Below are positions 49,853-63,955 of a stretch of 64,000 nucleotides of DNA, piece after piece; position 1 is the stretch's first letter; every line of letters starts with the position of its first letter. The stretch is from Escherichia coli (GTDB lineage Bacteria; Pseudomonadota; Gammaproteobacteria; Enterobacterales; Enterobacteriaceae). Below the pieces are notes generated by a model. The model was not told where the DNA came from. It saw nothing but the letters and a program-made list of their open reading frames with translations, and searched no databases. The position numbers and the translations under genes are program-made. The DNA lies in assembly GCF_003790525.1 (NCBI RefSeq), contig NZ_CP033635.1. One strand, written 5' to 3'.

Positions 49853-50395
49853 ATGGAACAGCGTCGTTTGGCAAGTACTGAATGGGTGGATATTGTCAAT
49901 GAAGAGAACGAAGTCATTGCACAAGCCAGCCGGGAACAAATGCGGGCACAGTGTCTGCGTCATCGTGCAACTTACATCGTCGTGCATGATGGCATGGGCA
50001 AAATTCTGGTCCAGCGTCGTACCGAGACAAAAGACTTTTTACCCGGCATGTTAGATGCGACCGCAGGCGGTGTGGTCCAGGCCGATGAGCAACTGCTGGA
50101 ATCCGCGCGTCGCGAAGCGGAAGAAGAGTTGGGCATTGCCGGTGTCCCCTTTGCCGAGCACGGGCAGTTCTATTTCGAAGATAAAAATTGCCGTGTCTGG
50201 GGCGCGTTGTTCAGTTGCGTCTCTCACGGTCCCTTCGCCCTACAGGAAGATGAAGTCAGTGAAGTTTGCTGGCTGACGCCGGAAGAAATCACCGCACGCT
50301 GCGATGAGTTCACTCCAGACTCGCTGAAAGCGCTGGCGTTGTGGATGAAGCGCAATGCCAAAAATGAAGCCGTAGAAACTGAAACGGCAGAATGA
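49853..50395 (+). CDS. yfcD: Nudix hydrolase YfcD
   Basis: 180-aa ORF with Nudix box ([23 protein letters not shown]). Confidence 0.88.
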
Positions 50396-50398
50396 AAA

Positions 50399-50430
50399 AA
50401 GAGCCGCAATTGCGGCTCTTAACATTTTTA
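50399..50430. terminator. Intrinsic terminator between convergent yfcD and yfcC
   Basis: AAGAGCCGCAATTGCGGCTCTT hairpin; T-run follows on the minus strand (yfcC side), weaker T-run on plus. Confidence 0.7.
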
Positions 50431-51948
50431 GTGGTAGCCCATCAACTGAGCGCCGATCACCACGACGCTGGACATAATAAACAGCAGTCCAAGCAGTGTC
50501 GCGCCCACCTTCAGCCAGTTACGGAAGTCCACCCGGCAAACACCGAGCGTTGCCATTAACGAAGCTGAGGTCGGGTAAATGATGTGGCTGAAGCCATCAC
50601 CAAACTGGAACGCCAGCACGGTAACCTGACGGTTAACACCGACCAGATCGCCAAGCGGTGCCAGTAACGGCATGGTTAACGCCGCCTGACCAGAACCGGA
50701 CGTCACGAAGAAATTAAATACTGCCTGGAAGAGCAACATAAACCAGGCCGCGACCGCGTTATCCAGACCGCTAATGGCATTGGCAATGCTGTTGAGGATG
50801 GTATTTAACACGCTGGCATCACCCGCTTCACCATTACCGACCAGCAGCAAAATCCCTTTGGCGAAACCCACCAGCAGGGCAGGGGCGATCATCATTCGCG
50901 CCCCTTCGGTAAAGGATGAAGCCATGGTATTAACCGTCATGCCGTTAAGGCGGAAAACGACGCCGATGATGCCAATCACCAGACCCATGGTGAAGAACTG
51001 GCTGGCAATTTCTGGAATAAACCAGGCATTAACGATCACGCCCCAAATCACCCAGACCATTACGGCGGTCAGGACAATCAATACCAGCCAGTCACCAAAG
51101 GTAAACGGACGTTGTTCAACATCCGCCTGCTTTTCACGAAAGAAGCGGTCGGACTCATGCACGCGTGACAGAAGAGGATTCTTTTTCACTCGTGAGGCGT
51201 ACACCATGGTAAAGATCAGGCCAATCAGAGTGGCGATAACCCATACCACGATGCGCAACCCGGAGCCAGAAAGCACCGGAACGCCGGCAATCCCCTGAGC
51301 AACGACCACACAAAACGGGTTCATCCACGAACTGGCAAAACCGATTTGCGTGGCAATATAAGTCACCAGGACGGTGGTAATACTGTCATAGCCCAGCCGG
51401 ACCATTAGCGGTGCGATGATAATGGCAAAGGCGACGGCCTCTTCCCCCATACCAAATACCGCACCGCCAAGTGAAAACAGAATAAACAGCGCAGGAATAA
51501 AGAGAATTTCATTCCCGCGAGTATGGCGAATAAGCGCCAGGATACCGTTATCAATGGTTCCTGTACGCATCACAATGCCAAACGCGCCGCCAATCACCAG
51601 CATAAACATGATGATGCCAACGGCTGTCCCGTATTTCGATCCTGAGGTTAACCCTTCAAACGGGAAGTTCATCAGACCCGGGCGTTCATCGCCCGTCGTG
51701 AACAGTTGTACGCGGTGATACTCAGGTTCGCCTGCTTCGTTAGTCAGAATGCGGAATGAGTGTGGATCTACGACTTTGCGTGTTTTTGTTTGACCATCAA
51801 CCTGATACTGCACTTCCTGACTGTCAAACATGCCCACCGGAACTACCCAGGTGGCAAGGCTGGTTAAAATGGCAACAAAAAAGATAATCACCAACGTATC
51901 GGGCATTGCCCATCTTCTTGTTGGTTTAGATTCAGTGATTGCGGACAT
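50428..51948 (-). CDS. yfcC: Putative C4-dicarboxylate/basic amino acid antiporter-family membrane protein YfcC
   Basis: ORF 50428-51969; internal ATG at 51948 gives 506-aa MSAITESKPTRRWAMPDTLVIIFF... Confidence 0.85.
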   Translation of the reverse strand: MSAITESKPTRRWAMPDTLVIIFFVAILTSLATWVVPVGMFDSQEVQYQVDGQTKTRKVVDPHSFRILTNEAGEPEYHRVQLFTTGDERPGLMNFPFEGLTSGSKYGTAVGIIMFMLVIGGAFGIVMRTGTIDNGILALIRHTRGNEILFIPALFILFSLGGAVFGMGEEAVAFAIIIAPLMVRLGYDSITTVLVTYIATQIGFASSWMNPFCVVVAQGIAGVPVLSGSGLRIVVWVIATLIGLIFTMVYASRVKKNPLLSRVHESDRFFREKQADVEQRPFTFGDWLVLIVLTAVMVWVIWGVIVNAWFIPEIASQFFTMGLVIGIIGVVFRLNGMTVNTMASSFTEGARMMIAPALLVGFAKGILLLVGNGEAGDASVLNTILNSIANAISGLDNAVAAWFMLLFQAVFNFFVTSGSGQAALTMPLLAPLGDLVGVNRQVTVLAFQFGDGFSHIIYPTSASLMATLGVCRVDFRNWLKVGATLLGLLFIMSSVVVIGAQLMGYH

Positions 51949-52065
51949 AGCGCAAATATTCCCTTGCACAAAACAAAGTGGTAAGTATGCAAAGTGAGAT
52001 GGCGCAATTCATTGATGCAGCGCAGTTAAGCAAGATAATCAGAAAGGATTAATGCAAATTAAGAG

Positions 52066-52097
52066 AATAAAAAACCGGAAATAGTGACTATTTCCGG
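52066..52097 (-). terminator. Intrinsic terminator of ackA-pta operon
   Basis: Minus strand CCGGAAATAGTCACTATTTCCGG followed by TTTTTTATTC, about 40 nt after pta stop; a second hairpin (ATCCGCAGC...GCTGCGGAT) lies between. Confidence 0.75.
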
Positions 52098-52137
52098 TTC
52101 CGATATCCGCAGCGCAAAGCTGCGGATGATGACGAGA

Positions 52138-54282
52138 TTACTGCTGCTGTGCAGACTGAATCGCAGTCAGCGCGATGGTGTAGACGATATCGTCAACCAG
52201 TGCGCCACGGGACAGATCGTTAACCGGCTTGCGCATACCCTGCAGCATCGGCCCGATGGAGATCAGATCGGCAGAACGCTGTACCGCTTTGTAGGTGGTG
52301 TTACCGGTGTTCAGATCCGGGAAGATGAACACGGTAGCGCGACCTGCAACCGGAGAGTTCGGCGCTTTGGATTTCGCAACGTCAGCCATTACCGCAGCGT
52401 CGTACTGCAGCGGACCGTCGATCATCAGGTCAGGACGTTTTTCCTGCGCCAGACGAGTTGCTTCGCGAACTTTTTCTACGTCGCTACCAGCACCAGAAGT
52501 ACCGGTGGAGTAGGAGAGCATAGCAACGCGCGGTTCGATACCGAAGGCCGCAGCGGAATCAGCGGACTGAATCGCGATTTCTGCCAGCTGTTCTGCAGTC
52601 GGATCCGGGTTGATCGCACAGTCACCGTAAACGTAAACCTGTTCCGGCAACAGCATGAAGAACACGGAAGATACCAGGGAGCTGCCCGGTGCAGTTTTGA
52701 TCAGCTGCAGCGGCGGACGGATGGTGTTTGCGGTGGTGTGAACAGCACCGGAAACCAGACCATCAACTTCATCTTGTTCCAGCATCAGCGTACCGAGAAC
52801 CACGTTGTCTTCCAGCTGTTCGCGGGCAACGGTTTCGGTCATGCCTTTGTTCTTACGCAGTTCGACCAGACGACCAACATAGCTTTCGCGAACCACTTCT
52901 GGATCAACGATTTCAATGCCTGCACCCAGTTCTACACCCTGAGACGCTGCAACACGGTTGATCTCTGCCGGATTACCCAGCAGTACGCAAGTTGCGATAC
53001 CACGTTCAGCACAGATAGCGGCTGCTTTAACGGTACGCGGTTCGTCACCTTCCGGCAGAACGATACGTTTGCCCGCTTTGCGCGCAAGTTCAGTCAGCTG
53101 ATAACGGAACGCTGGCGGAGACAGACGGCGGCTGCGCTCAGAAGTGGCAGTCAGAGAATCGATCCAGTCAGCGTTGATGTAGTTAGCAACGTATTCCTGA
53201 ACTTTCTCGATACGCTCGTGATCGTCAACCGGAACTTCCAGGTTGAAGCTCTGCAGGCTCAGAGAAGTCTGCCAGGTGTTGGTGTTCACCATAAATACCG
53301 GCAGGCCGGTAGCGAAAGCACGTTCGCACAGTTTAGAAATGCGCGCGTCCATTTCGTAGCCGCCAGTCAGCAGCAGGGCACCGATTTCTACGCCGTTCAT
53401 GGCAGCCAGGCACGCGGCAACCAGCACGTCAGGACGGTCTGCGGAAGTCACCAGCAGAGAACCAGCACGGAAGTGCTCCAGCATGTGTGGAATGCTGCGT
53501 GCGCAGAAAGTGACGGATTTAACGCGGCGAGTATTGATGTCACCTTCGTTGATGATGGTCGCATTCAGGTGGCGAGCCATATCGATCGCACGAGTCGCGA
53601 TCAGGTCAAAGCTCCACGGCACAGCGCCGAGAACCGGCAGCGGGCTGGATTCTTGCAGCTTCGCCGGATCAACGTTGTTCACTTTTGCTTTGGTGGAGTC
53701 GTCAAAAATCTCGGACAGATCCGGACGGGTACGACCCTGCTCATCAACCGGAGCGTTCAGTTTGTTAACGATAACGCCGGTAATATTGGTGTTTTTTGCA
53801 CCGCCGAAGCTGTTGCGAGTCAGTTCGATACGCTCTTTCAACTGTTCCGGAGTATCAGTGCCCTGAGACATAACGAAGACGATTTCCGCATTCAGCGTTT
53901 TAGCGATTTCGTAGTTCAGAGACTGGGCAAACTGGTGTTTACGTGTCGGGACCAGACCTTCAACCAGAACGACTTCAGCGTCTTTGGTGTTAGCGTGGTA
54001 GTTCGCGACGATCTCTTCCATCAGCACATCTTTCTGATTGCTGGAAAGCAGACCTTCAACGTAGCTCATTTTCAGCGGTTCAGCGGCCGTCGTGGTGGAA
54101 GAGTTCGCACGCACGATAGTCGTAGTCTGATCGGGCGCATCGCCACCGGTACGCGGCTGAGCGATAGGTTTGAAAACGCTCAGACGAACGCCTTTGCGTT
54201 CCATTGCACGGATCACGCCAAGGCTGACGCTGGTCAGACCGACGCTGGTTCCGGTAGGGATCAGCATAATAATACGGGACAC
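52138..54282 (-). CDS. pta: Phosphate acetyltransferase Pta
   Basis: 714-aa [25 protein letters not shown]... Confidence 0.95.
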   Translation of the reverse strand: MSRIIMLIPTGTSVGLTSVSLGVIRAMERKGVRLSVFKPIAQPRTGGDAPDQTTTIVRANSSTTTAAEPLKMSYVEGLLSSNQKDVLMEEIVANYHANTKDAEVVLVEGLVPTRKHQFAQSLNYEIAKTLNAEIVFVMSQGTDTPEQLKERIELTRNSFGGAKNTNITGVIVNKLNAPVDEQGRTRPDLSEIFDDSTKAKVNNVDPAKLQESSPLPVLGAVPWSFDLIATRAIDMARHLNATIINEGDINTRRVKSVTFCARSIPHMLEHFRAGSLLVTSADRPDVLVAACLAAMNGVEIGALLLTGGYEMDARISKLCERAFATGLPVFMVNTNTWQTSLSLQSFNLEVPVDDHERIEKVQEYVANYINADWIDSLTATSERSRRLSPPAFRYQLTELARKAGKRIVLPEGDEPRTVKAAAICAERGIATCVLLGNPAEINRVAASQGVELGAGIEIVDPEVVRESYVGRLVELRKNKGMTETVAREQLEDNVVLGTLMLEQDEVDGLVSGAVHTTANTIRPPLQLIKTAPGSSLVSSVFFMLLPEQVYVYGDCAINPDPTAEQLAEIAIQSADSAAAFGIEPRVAMLSYSTGTSGAGSDVEKVREATRLAQEKRPDLMIDGPLQYDAAVMADVAKSKAPNSPVAGRATVFIFPDLNTGNTTYKAVQRSADLISIGPMLQGMRKPVNDLSRGALVDDIVYTIALTAIQSAQQQ

Positions 54283-54356
54283 GGTTTATCCTCTTTCGTT
54301 ACCGCCGATTTGGCGGGTTACAAAACAGCACCGCCAGCTTAGCTGGCGGTGTGAAA

Positions 54357-55559
54357 TCAGGCAGTCAGGCGGCTCGCGTCTTGCGCGATAACCAGTTCTT
54401 CGTTGGTTGGGATAACCACCGCAGGACGGGTACCTTCTTTGTTGATGAAACCAGATTTGCCGAAACGTGCAGCCAGGTTGCGTTCATGATCAACTTCAAA
54501 GCCCAGCACGCCCAGTTTGCCCAGAGACAGTTCACGAACCATCGCGGCATTTTCACCGATACCACCGGTGAATACAACAGCGTCCAGACGACCATCCATC
54601 AGCGCAGTGTAGGCACCGATGTATTTCGCCAGGCGGTGGCAGTAAACGTCCATTGCGCGCTTCGCGTCTTCTTTCGTCGCGTAGTTGTCTTCAACATAGC
54701 GGCAGTCGCTGGTCACTTCGGTCAGACCCAGCAGGCCAGACTCTTTGGTCAGCAGTTTGTTGATTGCGTCAACGCTCATGCCCAGGGTGTCGTGCAGGTG
54801 GAAGATGATCGCCGGATCGATATCACCAGAACGGGTACCCATGACCAGACCTTCCAGCGGGGTCAGGCCCATAGAGGTGTCAACGCATTTACCGTTGCGG
54901 ATAGCAGAAACGGAACCACCGTTGCCCAGGTGGCAGGTGATGATGTTCAGTTCTTCTACCGGTTTGTTCAGCATTTTTGCCGCTTCCTGGGTTACATAGA
55001 AGTGGCTGGTGCCGTGCGCGCCGTAACGACGGATGCCGTGCTCTTTGTACAGGTTGTACGGCAGGGCGTAGAGGTAAGACTCTTCCGGCATAGTCTGGTG
55101 GAACGCGGTGTCAAATACAGCAACGTTTTTGTCTTTCAGCTGTGGGAAAGATTTCAGAGCTTCTTCGATACCGATCAGGTGAGCCGGGTTGTGCAGCGGT
55201 GCAAAAGAAGCTGCATCTTTGATACCCTGAATAACAGACTCATCGATCACTACGGAGCTGGTATACTTTTCGCCGCCGTGTACGATACGGTGACCGATAG
55301 CAGTCAGCTGCGCAGACAGTTCTGGTTTTTGTGCCAGAATAGTATTAACGATAAAGTTGAGCGCTTCGCTGTGAGCGGCGCCTGCACCTAAAGCCGCTTC
55401 CTGTTTATTGCCGTCCATTTTCCATTTGATACGTGCTTCGGGCAGGTGGAAACATTCGGCTAAACCAGAAAGGTACTCTTCACCATTTACTGCATCGATG
55501 ATGGCAAATTTCAGTGAAGAACTACCGCAGTTCAGAACCAGTACTAACTTACTCGACAT
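54357..55559 (-). CDS. ackA: Acetate kinase AckA
   Basis: 400-aa [23 protein letters not shown]... Confidence 0.95.
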   Translation of the reverse strand: MSSKLVLVLNCGSSSLKFAIIDAVNGEEYLSGLAECFHLPEARIKWKMDGNKQEAALGAGAAHSEALNFIVNTILAQKPELSAQLTAIGHRIVHGGEKYTSSVVIDESVIQGIKDAASFAPLHNPAHLIGIEEALKSFPQLKDKNVAVFDTAFHQTMPEESYLYALPYNLYKEHGIRRYGAHGTSHFYVTQEAAKMLNKPVEELNIITCHLGNGGSVSAIRNGKCVDTSMGLTPLEGLVMGTRSGDIDPAIIFHLHDTLGMSVDAINKLLTKESGLLGLTEVTSDCRYVEDNYATKEDAKRAMDVYCHRLAKYIGAYTALMDGRLDAVVFTGGIGENAAMVRELSLGKLGVLGFEVDHERNLAARFGKSGFINKEGTRPAVVIPTNEELVIAQDASRLTA

Positions 55560-55896
55560 GGAAGTACCTATAATTGATACGTGGCTAAAAAAACGTCAGG
55601 GAGCCATAGAGCGTAGCGCATGATGACACCGACATTTATGATTAACATCATGCACTGCAAATTTTTTTTGCATGATGGAAGAAATATCTTGAGTCTATGC
55701 CATTTTGCGTAATTTTCAGCCAATGGCATAATGTATATGAATTTGACGACTCAATGAATATGTACTACTTAGGCCTTCAGGCTGCTAAAGGATACCTGAT
55801 AGTGGGTATGGAAGACAAAATGTTTTGAACGTTGTCCCGCTGAGTTGTGAATTTGCACAAATTTTTGAATCTTTATATGTGAAGTTGAGGTGAAGC

Positions 55897-56352
55897 ATGT
55901 CAACGCCGGATAATCGTTCTGTTAATTTTTTTAGCTTGTTTCGCCGGGGACAGCATTACTCAAAGACGTGGCCGCTGGAAAAACGCCTTGCCCCAGTCTT
56001 TGTCGAAAATCGCGTTATCAAGATGACGCGTTATGCGATCCGTTTTATGCCGCCGATCGCCGTATTTACTCTCTGCTGGCAGATTGCCCTGGGCGGTCAG
56101 CTTGGGCCGGCAGTTGCCACTGCGCTGTTCGCCTTAAGTTTACCCATGCAGGGATTGTGGTGGCTGGGCAAGCGTTCTGTAACGCCATTACCCCCTGCTA
56201 TCCTCAACTGGTTTTATGAAGTTCGCGGTAAATTGCAGGAGTCTGGACAGGTGTTGGCACCCGTTGAAGGCAAGCCTGATTACCAGGCATTAGCTGACAC
56301 GCTTAAGCGCGCCTTCAAACAACTGGATAAAACTTTCCTTGATGATTTGTAA
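55897..56352 (+). CDS. yfbV: UPF0208 membrane protein YfbV
   Basis: 151-aa ORF divergent from ackA. Confidence 0.88.
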
Positions 56353-56356
56353 TTGA

Positions 56357-56929
<573 letters not shown>

Positions 56930-56939
56930 GGAGGCCCGC

Positions 56940-57590
56940 GTGCGGTGCAAAGGTTTTCTGTTTGATCTTGATGGAACGCTGGTGGATTCCCTGCCTGCGG
57001 TAGAGCGGGCGTGGAGCAACTGGGCCAGACGTCATGGGTTAGCGCCGGAAGAGGTGCTGGCTTTCATTCACGGTAAACAGGCGATCACCTCTCTGCGCCA
57101 TTTTATGGCGGGCAAATCCGAGGCTGATATTGCCGCCGAGTTTACGCGTCTGGAGCAAATCGAGGCCACGGAAACCGAGGGTATTACCGCGCTTCCGGGG
57201 GCAATCGCCTTACTCAATCATTTGAATAAAGCAGGTATTCCGTGGGCCATTGTGACTTCTGGCTCCATGCCGGTAGCGCGAGCGCGCCATAAAGTAGCTG
57301 GGCTTCCCGCACCAGAGGTGTTTGTAACCGCTGAGCGAGTGAAGCGCGGAAAACCAGAACCTGATGCGTATCTGTTAGGCGCGCAGCTGCTGGGGCTTGC
57401 GCCGCAGGAGTGTGTGGTGGTGGAAGATGCTCCCGCTGGCGTGCTTTCTGGCCTGGCGGCGGGGTGTCATGTCATTGCGGTTAACGCTCCGGCAGATACC
57501 CCGCGCCTGAATGAGGTCGATTTAGTCCTCCACAGTCTGGAGCAAATTACTGTGACCAAACAGCCAAATGGCGATGTTATTATTCAGTGA
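56940..57590 (+). CDS. hxpA: HAD-family sugar-phosphate phosphatase (HxpA/YfbT)
   Basis: GTG start after GAGGAGG RBS; 216-aa ORF with HAD motif I FLFDLDGTLVDS. Confidence 0.88.
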   Translation: MRCKGFLFDLDGTLVDSLPAVERAWSNWARRHGLAPEEVLAFIHGKQAITSLRHFMAGKSEADIAAEFTRLEQIEATETEGITALPGAIALLNHLNKAGIPWAIVTSGSMPVARARHKVAGLPAPEVFVTAERVKRGKPEPDAYLLGAQLLGLAPQECVVVEDAPAGVLSGLAAGCHVIAVNAPADTPRLNEVDLVLHSLEQITVTKQPNGDVIIQ

Positions 57591-57608
57591 AACACCTGAT
57601 CATGATTT

Positions 57609-57636
57609 AGCCCCGTCTCGTCGGGGCTTTTTTATG
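57609..57636 (+). terminator. Intrinsic terminator after hxpA
   Basis: AGCCCCGtctcgtCGGGGCT followed by TTTTTAT. Confidence 0.75.
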
Positions 57637-57676
57637 GCAGAATCAAGTCATCCCCCTCAATTAACAAGGATAAGTT

Positions 57677-59509
57677 GTGAACGGTGAATTGATTTGGGTT
57701 CTTTCATTACTGGCCGTTGCCATCGTCTTGTTTGCGACGGGCAGAGTGCGTATGGATGCGGTCGCTTTGTTTGTTATTGTCGCGTTTGCATTAAGCGGAA
57801 CGCTGACGGTCCCCGAAGTATTTTCCGGCTTTTCCGATCCTAACGTTGTCCTGATTGCCGCCTTGTTCATTATTGGCGATGGTTTGGTCCGTACCGGTGT
57901 TGCCACTGTAATGGGGACATGGCTGGTCAAAGTGGCGGGCAACAGTGAAATCAAAATGTTGGTTTTGTTGATGCTGACCGTCGCGGGGCTTGGCGCGTTT
58001 ATGAGTTCAACCGGCGTTGTCGCTATCTTTATTCCCGTGGTGTTAAGCGTTGCCATGCGTATGCAAACTTCGCCGTCGCGCCTGATGATGCCGTTGAGTT
58101 TTGCCGGGCTGATTAGCGGCATGATGACGCTGGTGGCGACGCCGCCGAACCTGGTAGTCAACAGTGAATTGCTGCGTGAAGGCTATCACGGCTTCAGTTT
58201 CTTTAGCGTAACACCTATTGGCCTGGTCGTGCTGGTGCTGGGTATTTTGTATATGTTAGTGATGCGTTTCATGCTGAAAGGGGATACCCAGACCCCGCAG
58301 CGCGAAGGCTGGACGCGTCGAACCTTTCGCGATCTTATCCGTGAATATCGACTGACCGGGCGTGCGCGTCGTCTGGCTATTCGCCCCGGTTCGCCAATGA
58401 TTGGTCAACGGCTGGACGATCTCAAATTACGTGAGCGTTATGGCGCTAACGTCATCGGTGTTGAACGCTGGCGGCGTTTTCGTCGCGTTATCGTGAACGT
58501 TAATGGGGTTTCTGAATTTCGCGCGCGTGACGTTTTGCTTATTGATATGTCTGCGGCTGATGTCGATCTCCGGCAATTTTGTAGTGAGCAATTGCTGGAG
58601 CCGATGGTACTGCGCGGCGAGTATTTTTCTGACCAGGCCCTTGATGTGGGCATGGCAGAGATTTCATTAATTCCTGAGTCTGAACTTATTGGTAAATCGG
58701 TGCGCGAAATTGGTTTTCGTACCCGCTACGGACTGAATGTGGTGGGGCTAAAGCGCAATGGCGAGGCGATGGAAGGTTCGCTGGCGGATGAGCCTCTGCT
58801 GCTGGGCGATATCATCCTGGTTGTGGGTAACTGGAAACTGATCGGTATGCTGGCAAAACAGGGGCGTGACTTTGTGGCGCTGAACTTACCAGAAGAAGTG
58901 AGTGAAGCATCGCCAGCACACAGTCAGGCACCTCATGCCATTTTTTGCCTGGTGTTGATGGTGGCGTTAATGCTGACCGATGAAATTCCTAATCCTGTTG
59001 CCGCTATCATCGCCTGCCTGCTGATGGGGAAATTCCGCTGTATAGATGCTGAAAGCGCCTATAAATCCATTCACTGGCCGAGCATTATTTTGATCGTTGG
59101 GATGATGCCATTTGCTGTGGCATTACAGAAAACGGGAGGTGTCGCGCTGGCGGTGAAAGGGCTGATGGACATTGGCGGCGGTTATGGGCCACATATGATG
59201 CTGGGGTGTTTGTTTGTCTTGTCGGCGGTTATTGGGCTATTTATTTCTAATACCGCGACGGCGGTGTTGATGGCTCCGATTGCGCTGGCTGCTGCCAAAA
59301 CGATGGGTGTGTCGCCTTATCCATTTGCGATGGTCGTGGCGATGGCAGCATCCGCCGCCTTTATGACACCGGTTTCTTCACCGGTTAACACACTGGTTTT
59401 AGGCCCGGGAAATTACAGCTTCAGTGACTTTGTGAAGTTGGGGGTACCGTTCACCATTATCGTGATGGCGGTTTGTGTGGTGATGATCCCGATGCTGTTT
59501 CCGTTTTGA
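57677..59509 (+). CDS. yfbS: Putative transporter YfbS (SLC13/DASS-like with TrkA-C domains)
   Basis: 610-aa GTG-initiated ORF; hydrophobic ends with soluble central region. Confidence 0.88.
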   Translation: MNGELIWVLSLLAVAIVLFATGRVRMDAVALFVIVAFALSGTLTVPEVFSGFSDPNVVLIAALFIIGDGLVRTGVATVMGTWLVKVAGNSEIKMLVLLMLTVAGLGAFMSSTGVVAIFIPVVLSVAMRMQTSPSRLMMPLSFAGLISGMMTLVATPPNLVVNSELLREGYHGFSFFSVTPIGLVVLVLGILYMLVMRFMLKGDTQTPQREGWTRRTFRDLIREYRLTGRARRLAIRPGSPMIGQRLDDLKLRERYGANVIGVERWRRFRRVIVNVNGVSEFRARDVLLIDMSAADVDLRQFCSEQLLEPMVLRGEYFSDQALDVGMAEISLIPESELIGKSVREIGFRTRYGLNVVGLKRNGEAMEGSLADEPLLLGDIILVVGNWKLIGMLAKQGRDFVALNLPEEVSEASPAHSQAPHAIFCLVLMVALMLTDEIPNPVAAIIACLLMGKFRCIDAESAYKSIHWPSIILIVGMMPFAVALQKTGGVALAVKGLMDIGGGYGPHMMLGCLFVLSAVIGLFISNTATAVLMAPIALAAAKTMGVSPYPFAMVVAMAASAAFMTPVSSPVNTLVLGPGNYSFSDFVKLGVPFTIIVMAVCVVMIPMLFPF

Positions 59510-59519
59510 CAAGAGGCTG

Positions 59520-59556
59520 ATGTCGCATCCGGCGCTTATTGCCCGATGCGACGCAG
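59520..59556. repeat. REP-like palindromic element
   Basis: GATGTCGCATCCGGCGCTTATTGCCCGATGCGACGC between convergent yfbS and yfbR. Confidence 0.55.
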
Positions 59557-59567
59557 ACTCCGGCTGC

Positions 59568-60167
59568 TTACAGCGGTGAATCCTGGCTAATCTCATCGAG
59601 CGAAAGATGGAAGCTGGGAACAAAGACTTCCATGAAGTAGTCCATCTCCTGGCTGCGGCGCGCTTCAAGCGTCGCTTCCAGTCGCGTTTTTGCCAGCAAG
59701 AATTCATTATTTCCCGCCGCGAGTTCTTCCAGACATTTCAGATATGCACAGAGTGCATCTGCCTGTTTCACCAGCGATTTTTCTTCATCGCTATATGCAT
59801 GCTCGTCAATTAACGGCGCAAAGATATCCCGCAGCTCTTCCGGAACCATATCGACCAGTTTTTGCTGAGCGATTTTTTCAATCGCCTTGTACTCCTGAGC
59901 GATTTGCGAATTGAAGTATTTCACCGGGGTAGGGAGATCGCCGGTAAGCACTTCTGAGGCATCGTGGTACATCGCCAGTAAAGCGATACGTTCGGCGTTG
60001 ACATTACCGCCAAATTTCCGATTTTTGATAGCAGCCAGCGCATGGGCGACCATCGCTACCTGCAAACTGTGTTCGGACACATTTTCCGTCCGCACGTTGC
60101 GCATTAGCGGCCAGCGGTTAATGAGTTTCAGGCGGGAGAGATGGGCAAAAAAATGGCTCTGTTTCAT
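59568..60167 (-). CDS. yfbR: 5'-deoxynucleotidase YfbR (HD domain)
   Basis: 199-aa ORF with HD-domain residues (HSLQVAM...HDASE). Confidence 0.9.
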
Positions 60168-60250
60168 AGTGACCTTACGTATGATGACATCATCAGGTCA
60201 TTGTGGCGGGATAACACTGCCGGATGCAATCTCCGGCAGTGAAATTAAGA

Positions 60251-61468
60251 TTACAGCTGATGATAACCAGAAAGGAAACGCGCGAACTTACTCAAAGACA
60301 GCTCGATATCATCGACACGCGGTAGCGTGACAATGCGGAAGTGATCCGGCCACGGCCAGTTGAATGCCGTCCCTTGCACCAACAGAACTTTTTCCTGCAA
60401 CAGGAAATCCAGCACCATTTTCTGATCGTCGTGAATATTAAAGCGTTTGGCGTCGATTTTCGGGAACATGTACAGCGCACCACGAGGTTTCACGCAGGAA
60501 ACGCCCGGAATATCATTGATCAATTCCCATGCGCGGTTACGCTGCTCATAAAGACGACCGCCAGGGGTAATAAATTCACTGATGCTCTGATAACCGCCCA
60601 GCGCGGTCTGAATGGCGTGTTGCGCAGGAACGTTAGCACACAGGCGCATTGAAGCCAGCATTTCCAGACCTTCGATGTAACCTTTGGCGTGTTTTTTCGG
60701 CCCGTTCAACACCATCCACCCCTGACGGAAGCCAGCAACGCGGTACGTTTTCGACAGTCCGTTAAAGGTAATGGTCAGCAGATCAGGTGCCAGCGGCGCA
60801 ATTGAGTGATGCTCAGCGTCGTCGTAGAGAATTTTGTCATAAATTTCATCGGCGAAGATAATGAGATTATGCTGACGTGCAATCTCCACTATCTCCATTA
60901 AAAGCTCTTTGGAATATACCGCGCCGGTTGGGTTATTTGGGTTGATAATAACGATCCCACGCGTACGAGGCGTAATTTTAGCGCGAATATCATCAAGGTC
61001 CGGGAACCAGTCAGAGGATTCATCGCAAAGATAATGCACCGCTTTACCGCTGGAGAGCGAAACCGCCGCGGTCCATAGTGGGTAATCAGGTGCAGGAACC
61101 AACATTTCGTCCCCGCTGTTCAGCAATGCCTGCATTGCCTGAACGATAAGCTCCGATACACCATTGCCGATGTAAATATCTTCCACGGTAACATCACGCA
61201 TGCCACGAGCCTGGTAGTGCTGCATGATGGCTTTACGTGCGGAGTAAAGCCCTTTGGAATCGCAATACCCTTGAGCGGTAGGCAGGTTGCGAATCACGTC
61301 AACGAGGATTTCATCTGGCGCGTCAAAACCGAACGGGGCAGGATTGCCGATGTTCAGTTTCAGTACCTTGTTACCTTCTTCTTCCAGGCGTTTTGCTTCT
61401 TTCAGCACCGGACCACGGATGTCGTAACAGACATTCTCTAATTTGCTGGATTTTTCAATGGGGGACAT
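60251..61468 (-). CDS. alaA: Glutamate-pyruvate aminotransferase AlaA (YfbQ)
   Basis: 405-aa class I/II aminotransferase-like ORF. Confidence 0.92.
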   Translation of the reverse strand: MSPIEKSSKLENVCYDIRGPVLKEAKRLEEEGNKVLKLNIGNPAPFGFDAPDEILVDVIRNLPTAQGYCDSKGLYSARKAIMQHYQARGMRDVTVEDIYIGNGVSELIVQAMQALLNSGDEMLVPAPDYPLWTAAVSLSSGKAVHYLCDESSDWFPDLDDIRAKITPRTRGIVIINPNNPTGAVYSKELLMEIVEIARQHNLIIFADEIYDKILYDDAEHHSIAPLAPDLLTITFNGLSKTYRVAGFRQGWMVLNGPKKHAKGYIEGLEMLASMRLCANVPAQHAIQTALGGYQSISEFITPGGRLYEQRNRAWELINDIPGVSCVKPRGALYMFPKIDAKRFNIHDDQKMVLDFLLQEKVLLVQGTAFNWPWPDHFRIVTLPRVDDIELSLSKFARFLSGYHQL

Positions 61469-62384
61469 GAATCTTGACCTTTTTTGCTGTTATCGCCACT
61501 CCCTGCCGTGGAAGTCAGCTTAGAACAATGTACTCCCCCAGGACGGCGTTTTGAAGGTCTGCAGAATAAGATTTTGCCAGAGTGGAAGGCTTGATTGTGC
61601 TGTTAATAACTTAATAATGGCAAAATAATGAGGTGTATATGCTTAATAATTAATGTTATGTAGTGAATTGTTCTGATTCTTAATTGTGAGTGTGGTTTTT
61701 TTATCTGTAAGATAATTGTTTGAAAATGCCTCGTTTAAGAATTCACTAATGAATCGTGATGATGATATTTCCGCATTACGGAGAGTTTAACAGCGTGATG
61801 ATTTCCGAGGTGTCGTAATGGGTGCAAGGTGTGAAACTATTGTTAAGCGGGATTAATGAATGAGGATGATGCTAATTAATTATTATTTAATATTCAAAAA
61901 GGTTTTGTTGTGCTTATTAATAATAGAAGATTACTTTGCCTAACATAACATAACTTTGCATCAGATAATTCGCAATGACCCTTATAAATAAAAGGTTTTT
62001 GGGGTAAAATGCTCGCATAAATGACGGATCCCTGCTCTTGATGCCGCCTCACCATTGCTGTTTGTACGTGTTCGCGTATGACCAGCGATGCTGCACGAGA
62101 GTGGAACAAGGACTCACATTTACATTTATACAAACACGCGCATGTCATAAATACAAAAGAGTGAGTAACTTAATAGATATGCGATTCCTGAAGATATATT
62201 CTGTGATCTACTTCAGGCATTATAACGGAACAATGTGAGTCGCTTTTTTAGTGCAACTCATATGCATTTTTACTTTCGTCCGGGTTCCGGATGAAACTGC
62301 CAGGGAGGCACATTACAAATGGAATTGCTTGTTTGTGTGTGCACAGCATTAACCAGCTCAGTATGAGCCGCCAGTAAGTGATAA

Positions 62385-63326
<942 letters not shown>

Positions 63327-63370
63327 TCGACGGACCATAGATAATTTCTGAGACAATAGTGTAAAAACGA

Positions 63371-63410
63371 GCCGCTGGGGGTGTTTTAAACCCCAGCGGC
63401 TTTTTTTTAG
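63371..63410 (+). terminator. Intrinsic terminator after lrhA
   Basis: GCCGCTGGGGGtgttttaaaCCCCAGCGGC followed by TTTTTTTT. Confidence 0.8.
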
Positions 63411-63955
63411 TAAAAAGCCTTCCTCGTATCGTGCAGAACGTACAAAACTGTTCGTTTTTCAATCACCAGAGATTCACGTCCCGAACGCACAAATAATCGC
63501 CTGAAAAAAATCACCTGCTACAATGATGTTAAAAAATACGTAAATTTGTTGCTGCGTTTTTGTTATGGAATGACAAAAGCGTGTCACAGATCAAGAAAAT
63601 ACTCTCTTTTGGGGGGAGGAATCGACACAAATTCCTGTCAAAATAGACCCGTATTTTTTCCATTGCTTCACAACGGACACGATTCAACAACATCTAATTA
63701 TCCTGGAGTCGTCAAGGATCTGGGGTGAAAGGGCATTAAATGCTAATGGTGTTGATATTATGTAAACTAATGTGAAGAAACTTTTGTTAAAGTTGACAAA
63801 AGGTTATAGAAAGGAGTAAAAGACCACATCAATTAGCTGTATAAAAGAATTTCTACAGTGATTGTAAGGTTTTTTTTATTCCTCCCCATGAATCGATGTG
63901 GCGTCCATCTGCCGTGAAGAGCAGTGAATCTGGCGCTACTTTTGATGAGTAAGCA

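Noticed and set aside
52084-54342. 752-aa plus-strand ORF
   Set aside because: Completely antisense to the well-supported pta gene (52138-54282, minus); Arg/Gln-rich low-complexity translation typical of a shadow ORF.
54351-55391. 346-aa plus-strand ORF
   Set aside because: Antisense shadow of ackA (54357-55559, minus).
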